From Pristiophorus japonicus (Eukaryota): a stretch of 64,000 nt of DNA. The stretch lies in NCBI RefSeq assembly GCF_044704955.1, contig NC_091995.1, forward strand, positions 7,316,001 to 7,380,000, read 5' to 3'. The notes under the pieces were generated by a model. The model searched no databases. It saw only the letters and a program-made list of their open reading frames with translations, and was not told the DNA's origin. A program made the translations under genes and the position numbers. Shown here one piece after another: positions 1-12,345 of the stretch; position 1 is the stretch's first letter, and each line of letters begins with the position of its first letter.

Positions 1-3000
1 TGCTGATGGTCATCCAGTGAACCCTGCTGCTGCTGATGGTCACCCAGTGACCCCTGCTGCTGCTGATGGTCATCCAGTGACCCCTGCTGCTGATGGTCAT
101 CCAGCGACTCCTGCTGCCGCTGATGGTCATCCAGTGACCCCTGTTGCTGATGGTCATCCAGTGACCACTGCTGCTGCTGATGGTCATCCAGTGACCTCTG
201 CTGCTTATGGTCATCCAGTGACCCCTGCTGCTGATGGTCATCCAGTGACCCCTGCTGCTGATGGTCATCCAATGAACCCTGCTGCTGATGGTCATCCAGT
301 GACCCCTGCTGCTGATGGTCATCCAGTGAACCCTGCTGCTGCTCGTCATCCAGTGACCCCTGCTGCTGATGGTCATCCAGTGACCCCTGCTGCTGCTGAT
401 GGTCATCCAGTGACCCCTGCTGCTGATGGTCATCCAGTGACCCTTTCTGCTGCTGATGGTCATCCAGTGACCCCTGCTGCTGATGGTCATCCAGTGACAC
501 CTGCTGCTGATGGTCATCCAGTGACCCCTGCTCTTGCTGATTGTCATCCAGTGGCCCCTGCTGCTGATGGTCATCCAGTGACCCCTGCTGCTGCTGATGG
601 TCATCCAGTGACCCCTGCTGCTGCTGATGGTCATCCAGTGACCCCTGCTGCTGCTGATGGTCAGCCAGTGACCCCTGCTGCTGATGGTCATCCAGTGACA
701 CCTGCTGCTACTGATGGTCATCCAGTGACACCTGCTGCTGATGGTCATCAAGTGACGCCTGCTGCTGATGGTCATCCAGTGACCCCTGCTGATGGTCATC
801 CAGTGACCCCTGCTTCAGATGACCATCCAGTGACATCTGCTGATGGTCATCCAGTGACCCCTGCTACTGATGGTCATCCAGTGACTTCTGCTGCTGCTGA
901 TGGTCATCCAGTGACCCCTGCTACTGATGGTCATCCAGTGACCCCTGCTGCTGATGGTCATCCAGTGACCCCTGCTGCTACTGATGGTCATCCAGTGACC
1001 CCTGCTGCTGCTGATGGTCTTCCAGTGACCCCTGCTGCTGATGGTCATCCAGTGACCTCTGCTGCTGCTGATGGTCATCCAGTGACCTCTGCTGCTGATG
1101 GTCATCCAGTGACCCCTGCTGCTGATGGTCATCCAGTGACCCCTGCTGCTGATGGTCATCCAGTGACCCCTGCTGCTGGTTATCCAGTGACCCCTGCTGC
1201 TGATGGTCATCCAGTGACCCCTGCTGCTGCTCGTCATCCAATGACCCCTGCTGCTGATGGTCATCCAGTGACCCCTGCTGCTGCTGATGGTCATCCAGTG
1301 ACCCCTGCTGCTACTGATGGTCATCCAGTGACCCCTGCTGCTGCTGATGGTCTTCCAGTGACCCCTGCTGCTGATGGTCATCCAGTGACCTCTGCTGCTG
1401 CTGATGGTCACCCAGTGACCCCTGCTGCTGATGGTCATCCAGTGACCCCTGCTGCTGATGGTCATCCAGTGACCCCTGCTGCTGATGGTCATCCAGTGAC
1501 CCCTGCTGCTGGTTATCCAGTGACCCCTGCTGCTGATGGTCATCCAGTGACCCCTGCTGCTGCTGATGGTCATCCAGTGACCCCTGCTGCTGATAGTCAT
1601 CCAGTGACCCCTGCTGCGGATGGTCATCCAGTGACCCCTGCTGCTGCTGATGGTCATCCAGTGACCCCTGCTGCTGATGGTCATCCAGTGACCCCTGCTG
1701 CTGATAGTCATCCAGTGACCCCTGCTGCTGATGGTCATCCAGTGACCCCTACTGCTGATGGTCATCCAGTGAACCCTGCTGCTGCTGGTGGCCATCCAGT
1801 GACCCCTGCTGCTGCTGATGGTCATCCAGTGACCCCTGCTGCTGATGGTCATCCAGCGACTCCTGCTGCTGCTGATGGTCATCCAGTGACCCCTGTTGCT
1901 GATGGTCATCCAGTGACCCCTGCTGCTGCTGATGGTCATCCAGTGACCTCTGCTGCTTATGGTCATCCAGTGACCCCTGCTGCTGATGGTCATCCAGTGA
2001 CCCCTGCTGCTGGTCATCCAATGAACCCTGCTGCTGATGGTCATCCAGTGACCCCTGCTGCTGATGGTCATCCAGTGACCTCTGCTGCTGATGGTCATCC
2101 AGTGACCCCTGCTGCTGCTGATGGTCAACCAGTGACCCCTGCTGCTGATGGTCATCCAATGAACCCTGCTGCTGATGGTCATCCAGTGACCCCTGCTGCT
2201 GATGGTCATCCAGTGAACCCTGCTGCTGCTCGTCATCCAGTGACCCCTGCTGCTGATGGTCATCCAGTGACCCCTGCTGCTGCTGATGGTCATCCAGTGA
2301 CCCCTGCTGCTGATGGTCATCCAGTGACCCTTTCTGCTGCTGATGGTCATCCAGTGACCCCTGCTGCTGATGGTCATCCAGTGACCCCTGCTCTTGCTGA
2401 TTGTCATCCAGTGGCCCCTGCTGCTGATGGTCATCCAGTGACCCCTGCTGCTGCTGATGGTCATCCAGTGACCCCTGCTGCTGCTGATGGTCATCCAGTG
2501 ACCCCTGCTGCTGCTGATGGTCATCCAGTGACCCCTGCTGCTGATGGTCATCCAGTGACACCTGCTGCTACTGATGGTCATCCAGTGACCCCTGCTGCTG
2601 ATGGTCATCAAGTGACACCTGCTGCTGATGTTCATCCAGTGACCCCTGCTGATGGTCATCCAGTGACCCCTGCTTCAGATGACCATCCAGTGACATCTGC
2701 TGATGGTCATCCAGTGACCCCTGCTACTGATGGTCATCCGGTGACTCCTGCTGCTGCTGATGGTCATCCAGTGACCCCTGCTATTGAAGATCATCCAGTG
2801 ACCCCTGCTGCTGATGGTCATCCAGTGACCCCTGCTGCGGCTGATGGTCTTCCAGTGACCCCTGCTGCTGATGGTCATCCAGTGACCTCTGCTGCTGCTG
2901 ATGGTCATCCAGTGACCTCTGCTGCTGATGGTCATCCAGTGACCCCTGCTGCTGATGGTCATCCAGTGACCCCTGCTGCTGATGGTCATCCAGTGACCCC

Positions 3001-4104
3001 TGCTGCTGGTTATCCAGTGACCCCTGCTGCTGATGGTCATCCAGTGACCCCTGCTGCTGCTCGTCATCCAATGACCCCTGCTGCTGATGGTCATCCAGTG
3101 ACCCCTGCTGCTGCTGATGGTCATCCAGTGACCCCTGCTGCTGCTAGTCATCCAGTGACCCCTGCTGCTGCTGATGGTCATCCAGTGACCCCTGCTGCTG
3201 AAGGTCATCCATGACCCCTGCTGCTGCTGATGGTCATCCAGTGACCCCTGCTGCTGCTGATGGTCATCCAGTGACCCCTGCTGCTGATGGTCATCCAGTG
3301 ACCCCTGCTGCTGATGGTCATCCAGTGACCCCTGCTGCTGCTGATGGTCATCCTGTGACCCCTGCTGCTGATAGTCATCCAGTGACCCCTGCTGCTGATG
3401 GTCATCCAGTGACCACTGCTGCTGATGGGCATCCAGTGACCCCTGCTGCTGCTGATGGTCATCCAGTGACCCCTGCTGCTGCTGATGGTCATCCAGTGAC
3501 CCCTGCTGCTGCTGATGGTCATCCAGTGACCCCTGCTGCTGCTGATGGTCATCCAGTGATCCCTGCTGCTGCTAATGGTCATCCAGTGACCGCTGCTGCT
3601 GATGTTCATCCAATGACCTCTGCTGCTGCTGCTGCTGGTCATCCAGTGACCCCTGCTGCTGATGGTCATCCTGTGACCCCTGCTGCTGATGGTCATCCAG
3701 TGACCCCTGTGCTGATATTCATCCAGTGACCCCTGCTGCTGATGGTCATCCAGTGACCCCTGCTGCTGCTGATGGTCATCCAGTGACCCCTGCTACTGAT
3801 GGTCATCGAGTGACCCCTGCTGCTGCTGATGATCATCCAGTGACCCCTGCTGCTGCTGATGGTCATCCAGTGACCCCTGCTACTGATGGTCATCCAGTGA
3901 CCCCTGCTACTGATGATCATCCAGTGACCCCTGCTGCTGATGGTCATCCAGTGACCCCTGCTGCTGCTGATGGTCATCCAGTGCCCCTGCTGCTACTGAT
4001 GGTCATCCAGTGACCCCTGCTGCTGCTGATGGTCATCCAGTGACCCCTGCTGCTGATGGTCATCCAGTGACCCCTGCTGCTGCTGGTCATCCAGTGACCC
4101 CTGC
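1..4104. repeat. Minisatellite, 27/30-bp unit (TGC)2-3-TGATGGTCATCCAGTGACCCC, runs off the left edge
   Basis: Continuous tandem copies. Length variants are mostly gains or losses of TGC triplets. Diagnostic variants recur (ccagcgactc at 101 and 1853; tgcttcagatgacc at 811 and 2671), which indicates higher-order duplication. Confidence 0.98.
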
Positions 4105-4285
4105 CGGGAAGTTGAGTGAAGACAGGATCATGTTTAGCTGTGATGCCCCTCCTCGTCAAATAGCCCGCTGACATTCATTGCTTGGGCTCACACATCAAGG
4201 GCAATGGTGTGTAAGGTATTGGGGGGGCTGCTATAGAACCATACCCCAGTAACTGGCCACCTCTGGGAGTGGAGGAGATAAGGGT
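4085..4285 (+). mobile_element. Old SINE-like interspersed repeat (family not confidently named), contiguous with the end of the minisatellite
   Basis: gacaggatcatgtttagctgtgatgccc...gtcaaatag aligns to the reverse complement of 4520-4565 and to the copy at 51005-51225. Confidence 0.6.
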
Positions 4286-4314
4286 ATGGGGGGAAATAAC
4301 GAGAGTAGTCCAGG

Positions 4315-4407
4315 GAAACATAGAAACATAGAAAATAGGTGCAGGTGTCGGCCATTCGGCCCTTCGAGCCTGCAGCACCATTCCATAAGATCATGGCTGA
4401 TCATTCA
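4315..4407 (-). mobile_element. CR1 LINE 3' tail fragment
   Basis: (aaacatag)n microsatellite tail plus aggtgcagg...ggccattcggcccttcgagcc...gatcatggctgatc, the same 3' end as the CR1 at 42934. Confidence 0.85.
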
Positions 4408-4489
4408 CCAGAGCAGTCTGATCAATCCAAGAAAGAAGGAAACATAACACCAGCACCCTGCACTTGTACATTAGTGCGTGGTCACATGG

Positions 4490-4755
4490 CACAGTGAGCT
4501 TTGGTGGTGAGTCCTGGCCGTATATTCGACTACAGAGGCATCACGCTCTGAACCCGATCTTGTCCTGGTCCGCTCTCCACCAACATACTTTCCGGAAAGG
4601 GATTTCTGGATAGTGCTTGGCATCAGGAAGCCTGTCTGATTGCTCCCTTCCCGCTAATCCAGAGGCACTGAGCCCAACTGTAAAACCCCCTCCTCCCTTC
4701 CTGCTGAGATCAGTCGCGTGCAGGACCAGAGAGATACTGGGGCCATTCCTGTAAG
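4490..4755 (-). mobile_element. Second, inverted copy of the same SINE-like repeat
   Basis: Reverse complement contains ggacaagatcgggttcagagcgtgatgcct and ctatccagaaatccctttccggaaag, matching 4085-4165. Confidence 0.55.
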
Positions 4756-5040
4756 GTTGATGTTCAAACACGGGATGAATAGCACGCAGAGCAACCGAGG
4801 GGGAAGGGAGACGGGGGAATTCATGGTATGTGGCATCTAGTCTTCAATTGCATTAGATGCAATCTGTGTGTACATGACACATTCTGCGGGATCGTCTCGC
4901 ACAGTATGTCCGACAGGAAGGAGGCTGGAGACCCAGAGCAGGGCGACAAGCACCCGATGCTGAACTGCAAAATCGTGTGTCTCCGAGTCACATAATCATT
5001 AGTGAGAACAGCAATGCTAACTGTGAATATCGCTAACTTC

Positions 5041-5470
5041 GCTACCCTCGCCTCTGAGTCGGAAGGTTTGTGGGTTTAAGTCCCACTCCAGGGAATTGAG
5101 CACAAATATCTCGGCTGACATTCCCAGTGCAGTACTGGGGGAGTGCTGCCCTGTTGGAGGTGCCGTCTTTCAGATGTGACATTACATCGAGGCCCCATCT
5201 GCTCTCTCAGATGGATGTAAAAGATTCCATGGCATTATTTCAAAGAAGAGCAGGGGATTTATCCTAGCCAATATTTATCCCTCAATCAACATCACTAAAA
5301 ACAGATCACTGGTCATTATCACGTTGCTGTTAGTGGGAGCTTGCTGTGCGCAAATTGGCTGCCATGTTTCCTACATTACAGTACTACACTTCAAATGATT
5401 ACTTTATTGGCTGTTCAGCGCTTTGGGACGATCGGTGGTCATGAAAGGCGCTCCATAAATGTCTTTCTTT
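5041..5470 (+). mobile_element. tRNA-derived Deu-domain SINE (SacSINE1/AmnSINE-like) with L2-type 3' tail
   Basis: Box-B-like gggtttaagtccc at 5072. Central ggtgccgtctttcagatg...gattccatggcattattt...ccaatatttatccctcaatcaacatcac is recognised from memory as the Deu domain. The tail gcgctttgggac...aaaggcgctccataaat resembles the L2 tail at about 45840-45890. Confidence 0.8.
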
Positions 5471-5954
5471 TTTTTATCACATGTACCCCGATACAGGCAT
5501 TAGGACTGAGCGGGAAATTCACCAGGCTCCTTCAAAGTGACGTAATCAGGTTAAGGTATCCTAATAACACAGTGGGTGGGAAATAAACACACTGGATGGG
5601 AAATCACACATAATCCTGCTCACTTTTTTTGTTTTATTTTCCTCACCAGTTTTCCCCTCTCCATTCCTGACAGCAGCCACACCTTGCTGGCTGCAGTTGC
5701 TGCAATGCAAGGGTTTTATGGTTCTAGTCCACTTAACGCACTGAGCCCATCTCCCTCCTGCTGATCTCAAGCTGAATCAAATATCTACAAAGTAGACTGA
5801 TGCAGCAACTTGAACAATGCATTCCTTCATCAACTTTACAATTAAATGAAATTGAGCCTCAATTAGTGGCAGGGTAAACAGGTCTGATTCCCCTGATAGG
5901 AGCAGGTTAAACAGATCCTATTCCCGGGTAAACAGTAGAAAAGGCAGAGTGATC

Positions 5955-8093
5955 GGAGATACAGAGGGATGGACAATACCAGAGGGATGGGAGATACAGA
6001 GGGATGGGAGATACAGAGGGATGGGAGATACAGAGGAATGGGGGATACAGAGGGACGGGAGATACAGAGGGATGGGAGATGCAGAGGGATGGGAGATACA
6101 GAGGGATGGGAGATACAGAGGGATGGGGGATACAGAGGGATGGGAGATACAGAGGGATGGGAGATACAGAGGGATGGGAGATGCAGAGGGATGGGAGATA
6201 CAGAGGGATGGGAGATACAGAGGGATGGGGGATACAGAGGGACGGGAGATACAGAGGGATGGGAGATGCAGAGGGATGGGAGATACAGAGGGATGGGAGA
6301 TACAGAGGGATGGGGGATACAGAGGGATGGGAGATACAGAGGGATGGGAGATACAGAGGGATGGGAGATACAGAGAGATAGGGGATACAGAGGGATGGGA
6401 GATACAGAGGGATGGGAGATACAGAGGGATGGGGGATACAGAGGGATGGGAGATACAGAGGGATGGGAGATACTGAGGGATGGGAGATATAGAGGGATGG
6501 GAGATACAGAGGGATGGGAGATACAGAGGGACGGGAGATACAGAGGGATGGGAGATACAGAGGGATGGGAGATACTGAGGGATGGGAGATACAGAGGGAT
6601 GGGGGATACAGAGGGATGGGAGATACCAGAGGGATGGGAGATACAGAGGGATGGGGGATACAGAGGGATGGACGATACCAGAGGGATTGGGATACAGAGG
6701 GATGGGGGATACAGAGGGATGGGAGATACAGAGGGATGAGAGATACAGAGGGATGGGAGATACAGAGGGATGGGAGATACAGAGGGATGGGGGATACAGA
6801 GGGATGGGAGATACAGAGGGATGGGAGATACTGAGGGATGGGAGATACAGAGGGATGGGAGATACAGAGGGATGGGAGATACAGAGGGATGGGAGATACT
6901 GAGGGATGGGAGATACAGAGGGATGGGGGATACAGAGGGATGGGAGATACCAGAGGGATGGGAGATACAGAGGGATGGGGGATACAGAGTGATGGACGAT
7001 ACCAGAGGGATGGGGATACAGAGGGATGGGGGATACAGAGGGATGGGAGATACAGAGGGATGGGGGATACAGAGGGATGGAAGATACAGAGGGATGGGAG
7101 ATGCAGAGGGATGGGAGATACAGAGGGATGGGAGATACAGAGGGATGGGGGATACAGAGGGATGGGAGATACAGAGGGATGGGAGATACAGAGGGATGGG
7201 AGATACAGAGAGATAGGGGATACAGAGGGATGGGAGATACAGAGGGATTGGAGATACAGAGGGATGGGGGATACAGAGGGATGGGAGATACAGAGGGATG
7301 GGAGATACTGAGGGATGGGAGATACAGAGGGATGGGAGATACAGAGGGATGGGAGATACAGAGGGACGGGAGATACAGAGGGATGGGAGATACAGAGGGA
7401 TGGGAGATACTGAGGGATGGGAGATACAGAGAGATGGGGGATACAGAGGGATGGGAGATACCAGAGGGATGGGAGATACAGAGGGATGGGGGATACAGAG
7501 GGATGGACGATACCAGAGGGATGGGGATACAGAGGGATGGGGGATACAGAGGGATGGGAGATACAGAGGGATGGGAGATACAGAGGGATGGGAGATACAG
7601 AGGGATGGGAGATACAGAGAGATAGGGGATACAGAGGGATGGGAGATACAGAGGGATGGGAGATACAGAGGGATGGGAGATACAGAGGGATGGGGGATAC
7701 AGAGGGATGGGAGATACAGAGGGATGGGAGATACTGAGGGATGGGAGATACAGAGGGATGGGAGATACCAGAGGGATGGGGATACAGAGGGATGGGGGAT
7801 ACAGAGGGATGGGAGATACAGAGGGATGGGAGATACAGAGGGATGGGGGATACAGAGGGATGGACGATACCAGAGGGATGGGGATACAGAGGGATGGGGG
7901 ATACAGAGGGATGGAAGATACAGAGGGATGGGAGATACTGAGGGATGGGAGATACAGAGGGATGGGAGATACAGAGGGATGGGAGATAGAGAGGGATCGG
8001 AGATACAGAGGGATGGGAGATACAGAGGGATGGGGGATACAGAGGGATGGGAGATAGAGAGGGATGGGAGATACAGAGGGATGGGAGATACAG
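5955..8093. repeat. 17-bp G-rich minisatellite (GGGATGGGAGATACAGA)n, about 125 copies
   Basis: Tandem array read directly. All overlapping ORFs here are repeat translations. Confidence 0.98.
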
Positions 8094-8789
8094 GTCGGTT
8101 TATTCTCTAGAAGTGGGTTGACCTCCCATCCATCACTTTCCAGTTATTTAAAAACAAAATGCAAGAAAAGAAACCTTTTAATTTGTTAAGAGGAAAAGAT
8201 AATGGGAAGGGATCACATGAAAATAATATCAGCAAAAGGTTCAGATATATCAGAAATTACAGGAGCATGAACCAGCCAATCCCTAACGCCTCCAGTGTGG
8301 CATCATTCTACTCACTCATTGCTCTTTGTAAATAGTCAACTTTATTTCCAACCTTTAACATCAGTTCCCTTGTTTTGTGAATGGGAGCTATTTCTTGTGG
8401 TGAGGAATGATGTTGGCTGTAAGTAATACACAATAACAACCTCACTGAAAAATCCCGTTTGTGATTTGAGAGTAAATTTATTGAAAATCTGCTTCAGTGC
8501 TCATTAACCGTGGTAGGAATCTGCATTGGGAAATTCCACAACCCCATCCTAGAATTTTTCGGTCTTACAGTGAATGAGGTGGGAAATCTTGGCCCCACTC
8601 TTCAAGTAGATCAGTGTGAAATTACACAGTGACCTAGATTTATACTGAGCTATAATAGAACAGTGACATTACACAGGCTGATTGTGCTAGAATCGGCTCC
8701 ACACAGCAACACCAACATTCAGACTCAGAACGAGAGCTGGTTGAGGAGTAGAAAGAAATGACTTGCATTTATACAGCATTTCTCAATTC

Positions 8790-8961
8790 ACAGAGTTCCT
8801 TAGTATAAACAGCACAGAAACAGGCCACTCGGCCCAACAGGTCTGTGTCGGTGTTTATGCTTCATTCGAGCCTCCTCCCACCCTCTTCATCTCACCCTAT
8901 CAGCTTATCCTTCTATTCCTTTCGCCCTCGTGTACTTATCCAGATTCCCTTTAAATGTATC
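8790..8961 (-). mobile_element. CR1 3' fragment
   Basis: cagcacagaaacaggccactcggcccaac...gagcctcctcccaccc...; reverse complement of the CR1 3' end at 13330-13470. Confidence 0.75.
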
Positions 8962-8979
8962 TCAGAGAACTTCAGTCAA

Positions 8980-11780
8980 TGCACAGATAGCTGTTAACAG
9001 ATATGATGTAATTGGGATTACGGAGACATGGCTCCAAGGTAACCAAGGCTGGGAACTCAACATACAGGGGTATTCAATATTCAGGAAGGACAGACAGGAA
9101 GGAAAAGGAAGTGGGGTAGCGTTACTGGTTAAAGAGGAGATTAGCGCAATAGTAAGGAAGGACATTAGCTTGGATGATGTGGCATCTATATGGGTAGAGC
9201 TGCAAAACACGCAGAAAACGTTAGTGGGAGTTGTGTACAGACCACCAAACAGTAGTAGGGAGGTTGGGGATGGCATCAAACAGGAAATTAGGGACACGTG
9301 CAATAAGTGTACAGCAGTTATCATGGGTGACTTTAATCTGCATATTGATTGGGCTAACCAAACTGGTAGCAATACAATGGAGGAGGATTTCCTGGAGCGT
9401 ATAAGGGATGGTTTTCTGGACCAATATGTCAAGAACCAAGTAGAGAGCAGGCCATCCTAGACTGGGTCTTGTGTAACGAGAAAGGATTAATTAGCAATCT
9501 GGTCATGCGGGGCCCCTTGGGGAAGAGTGACCATAATATAGTAGAATTCTTCATTAAGATGGAGAGTGACACAGTTAATTCAGAGACTAGGGTCCTGAAC
9601 TTAAAGAAAGGAAACTTCAAAGGTATGAGATGTGAATTGGCTAGAATAGACTGGAAAATGATACTTAAAGGGTTGACGGTGGATAGGCAATGGCAGACAT
9701 TAAAAATCACATGGATGAACGACAACAATTGTTCATCCCTGTGTGGTGTAAGAATAAAAAAGGGAAGGTGGCTCAACTGTGGCTAACAAGGGAAATTGGG
9801 GAAAGTGTTAAATCCAAGGAAGAGGCATATAAATTGGCCAGAAAAAGCAGCAAACCTGAGGACTGGGAGAAATTTAGAATTCAACAGAGGAGGACTAAGG
9901 GTTTAATTAGGATGGGGAAAATAGAGTATGAGAGTAAGCTTGCAGGGAACATAAAAACTGACTGCAAAAGCTTCTATAGATATGTGAAGAGAAAAAGATT
10001 AGTGAAGACTAATGTAGGTCCCTTGCAGTCAGAATCAAGGGAATTCATAATGGGGAACAAGGAAATGGCAGACCAATTGAACAAATACTTTGGTTCTGTC
10101 TTCACTAAGTAAGACATGAATAACTTCCTGAAAATACTAGGGGACCGAGGGTCTAGCGAGAAGGGGGAACTGAGGGAAATCCTTATTAGTCAGGAAATGG
10201 CATTAGGGAAATTGAACGTACTGAAGGCCAATAAATGACCAGGGCCTGATAGTCTGCATCACAGAGTACTTAAGGAAGTGGCCCGAGAAATAGTGAATGC
10301 ATTGGTGGTCATTTTCCAACATTCCATGGACTCTGGTTTGTTCCTATGGATTGGAGGGCAGCTAATGTAACACCACTTTTTTTTAAAAGAGGGAGAGAGA
10401 AAACAGGGAATTATAGACCGGTTAGCCTGACATCGGTGGTGGGGAAAAAGCTGGAATCAATTATTAAAGATGTAATAGCAGCCCATTTGGAAAGCAGTGA
10501 CAGTCCAAGTCAACATGGATTTATGAAAGGGAAATCATGCTTGACAAATCTTGTTGAATCTTTTGAGGATGTAACTAGTAGAGTGGATAAGGGAGAACCA
10601 GTGGATGTGGTGTATTTGGACTTTCAAAAGGCTTTTGACAAGGTCCCACACAAGAGAATTAGTGTGCAGAATTGAGGCACATGGCATTGGGGGTAATGTA
10701 CTGACGTGGATAGAGAACTGATTGGCAGACAGGAAGCAAAGAGTGGGAATAAACGGGTCCTTTTCAGATTGGCAGGCAGTGACTAGTGGGGTGCCGCAGG
10801 GTTCAGTGCTGGGACCCCAGCTATTTACAATATACATTAATGATTTAGACGAAGGAATTGAATGTAACATCTCCAGGTTTGCAGATGACACTAAGCTGGG
10901 TGGCAGTGCGAGCTGCGAGGAGGATGCTGGGAGGCTGCGGGGGTCTTGGACAGGTTAGGTGAATGGGCAAATGCATGGCAGATGCAGCATAATGTGGATA
11001 AGTGTGACGTTATCCACTTTGGGGGCAAAAACATGAAGGCAGATTATTATCTGAATGGTGACAGATTAGGAAAAGAGGAGGTGCAACGAGACCTGGGTGT
11101 CAAAGTACATTAGTCATTGAAGGTAGGCATGCAGGTACCTCAGGCAATAAAGAAAGCAAATGGCATGCTGGCCTTCATAGCGAGGGAATTTGAGTATAGG
11201 AGCAGGGAGGTCTTACTGCAGTTGTACAGGGCCTTGGTGAGACCACACCTTGCGTATTGTGTGCAGTTTTAGTCTCCTAATCTGAGGAAGGACATTCTTG
11301 CCATTGAGGGAGTGCAGCGAAGGTTCACCAGACTGATTCCCGGGATGGCAGGACTGACATATGACGAAAGACTGGATCAACTAGGCTTATATTCACTGGA
11401 ATTTAGAAGAATGAGAGGGGATCTCATAGAAACATATAAAAAATCTGACGGGATTGGACAGGTTAGATGCAGGCAAGTCCAGAACCAGGGGTCACAGTCT
11501 AAGGATAAGGGGTAAGCCATTTGGGACCGAGATGAGGAGAAACTTCTTCACTCAGAGAATTGTGAACCTGTGGAATTCTCTACCACAGAAAGTTGTTGAG
11601 GCCAGTTCGTTAGATATATTCAAAAGTAAGTTAGATGTGGCCCTTACGGCTAAAGGGACCAAGGGGTATCGAGAAAAAGCAGGAATGGGGTACTGAAGTT
11701 GCATGATCAGCCATGATCATATTGAATGGTGGTGCAGGCTCGAAGAGCCTACTTCTGCACCTATTTTCTGTGTTTCTATG
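8980..11780 (+). mobile_element. 5'-truncated, degenerate CR1 LINE ORF2 (APE endonuclease + RT) with 3' tail
   Basis: Frame-broken ORFs: YDVIGITETWL/GDFN (endonuclease), [39 protein letters not shown] (RT). Tail ttttctgtgtttctatg. Confidence 0.95.
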
Positions 11781-12345
11781 AATTACTTTTCAAGTGTCGT
11801 CACTGTTGTTGGAAAATCACACCTTCTGTTTGCACCCAGCAAGCTCCCACATACACCACTGGTATAAATGAACAGTTACATCGGTTTTGTTGGGTCGGGT
11901 CGGTTGAAAGATAAATGTTGGCCAGAACACCAGGAGAACTCTATAAAAGTGCCATGGGGGGGATCTTTTGCATCTACTTAAACAGTAGGGGTTCGGTGTA
12001 ACATCTCATTTGAAAGACGGCACCTCCGACAGTGCACCATTGGAAGTGTCAGCCTGGAGTGTGTGCTCAAGTGTCTGGAATGAGGTTTGAATCCAGGGCC
12101 ATCTGACTGAATGCAAAAGGTTTGGGGCCGCTGGTGGGGTGGGGGAGGGGAGAGGGTGCAGTAATTACTTTTTAATTCATCAAAATGGGTATGGCAATGG
12201 GAGAGAATGGAACTCCACTTTTCTGAACATGAAATTTATCTTGGATGGTTCCATTAACTTGGCATTAGGAAATTGGTGTGGTGTGAAAAGGGCAGCTGAT
12301 TCTCTATTGGCCGTTCTGTACTCCCATTGTGTTCCAACAAAGGAA

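Larger units (their letters stand above)
8752..12112 (-). mobile_element. Deu-domain SINE split by two CR1 insertions (pieces about 8752-8785, 8962-8981, 11781-12112)
   Basis: 11781-12112 is the reverse complement of the 5041 SINE body (gtgccatgg...atcttttgcatc...tgaaagacggcacctccgacagtgca). The tail cttgcatttatacagc is at 8762, and cagtcaatg|aattacttttcaagtg rejoins across the CR1. Confidence 0.65.

Noticed and set aside
17-4013. 1065-aa (PAAADGHPVT)n ORF and antisense ORFs as a mucin- or antifreeze-like gene
   Set aside because: Pure tandem repeat with unit length a multiple of 3, GTG start and no unique domain. It is broken by 1-bp deletions and appears derived from a SINE segment.
1-8093. 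CRISPR-like repeat arrays
   Set aside because: No unique spacers and no cas genes; vertebrate context.
5949-8110. Many overlapping GMGDTEGWEIQRDGRYR ORFs
   Set aside because: Translations of a stop-poor 17-bp repeat in all three frames.
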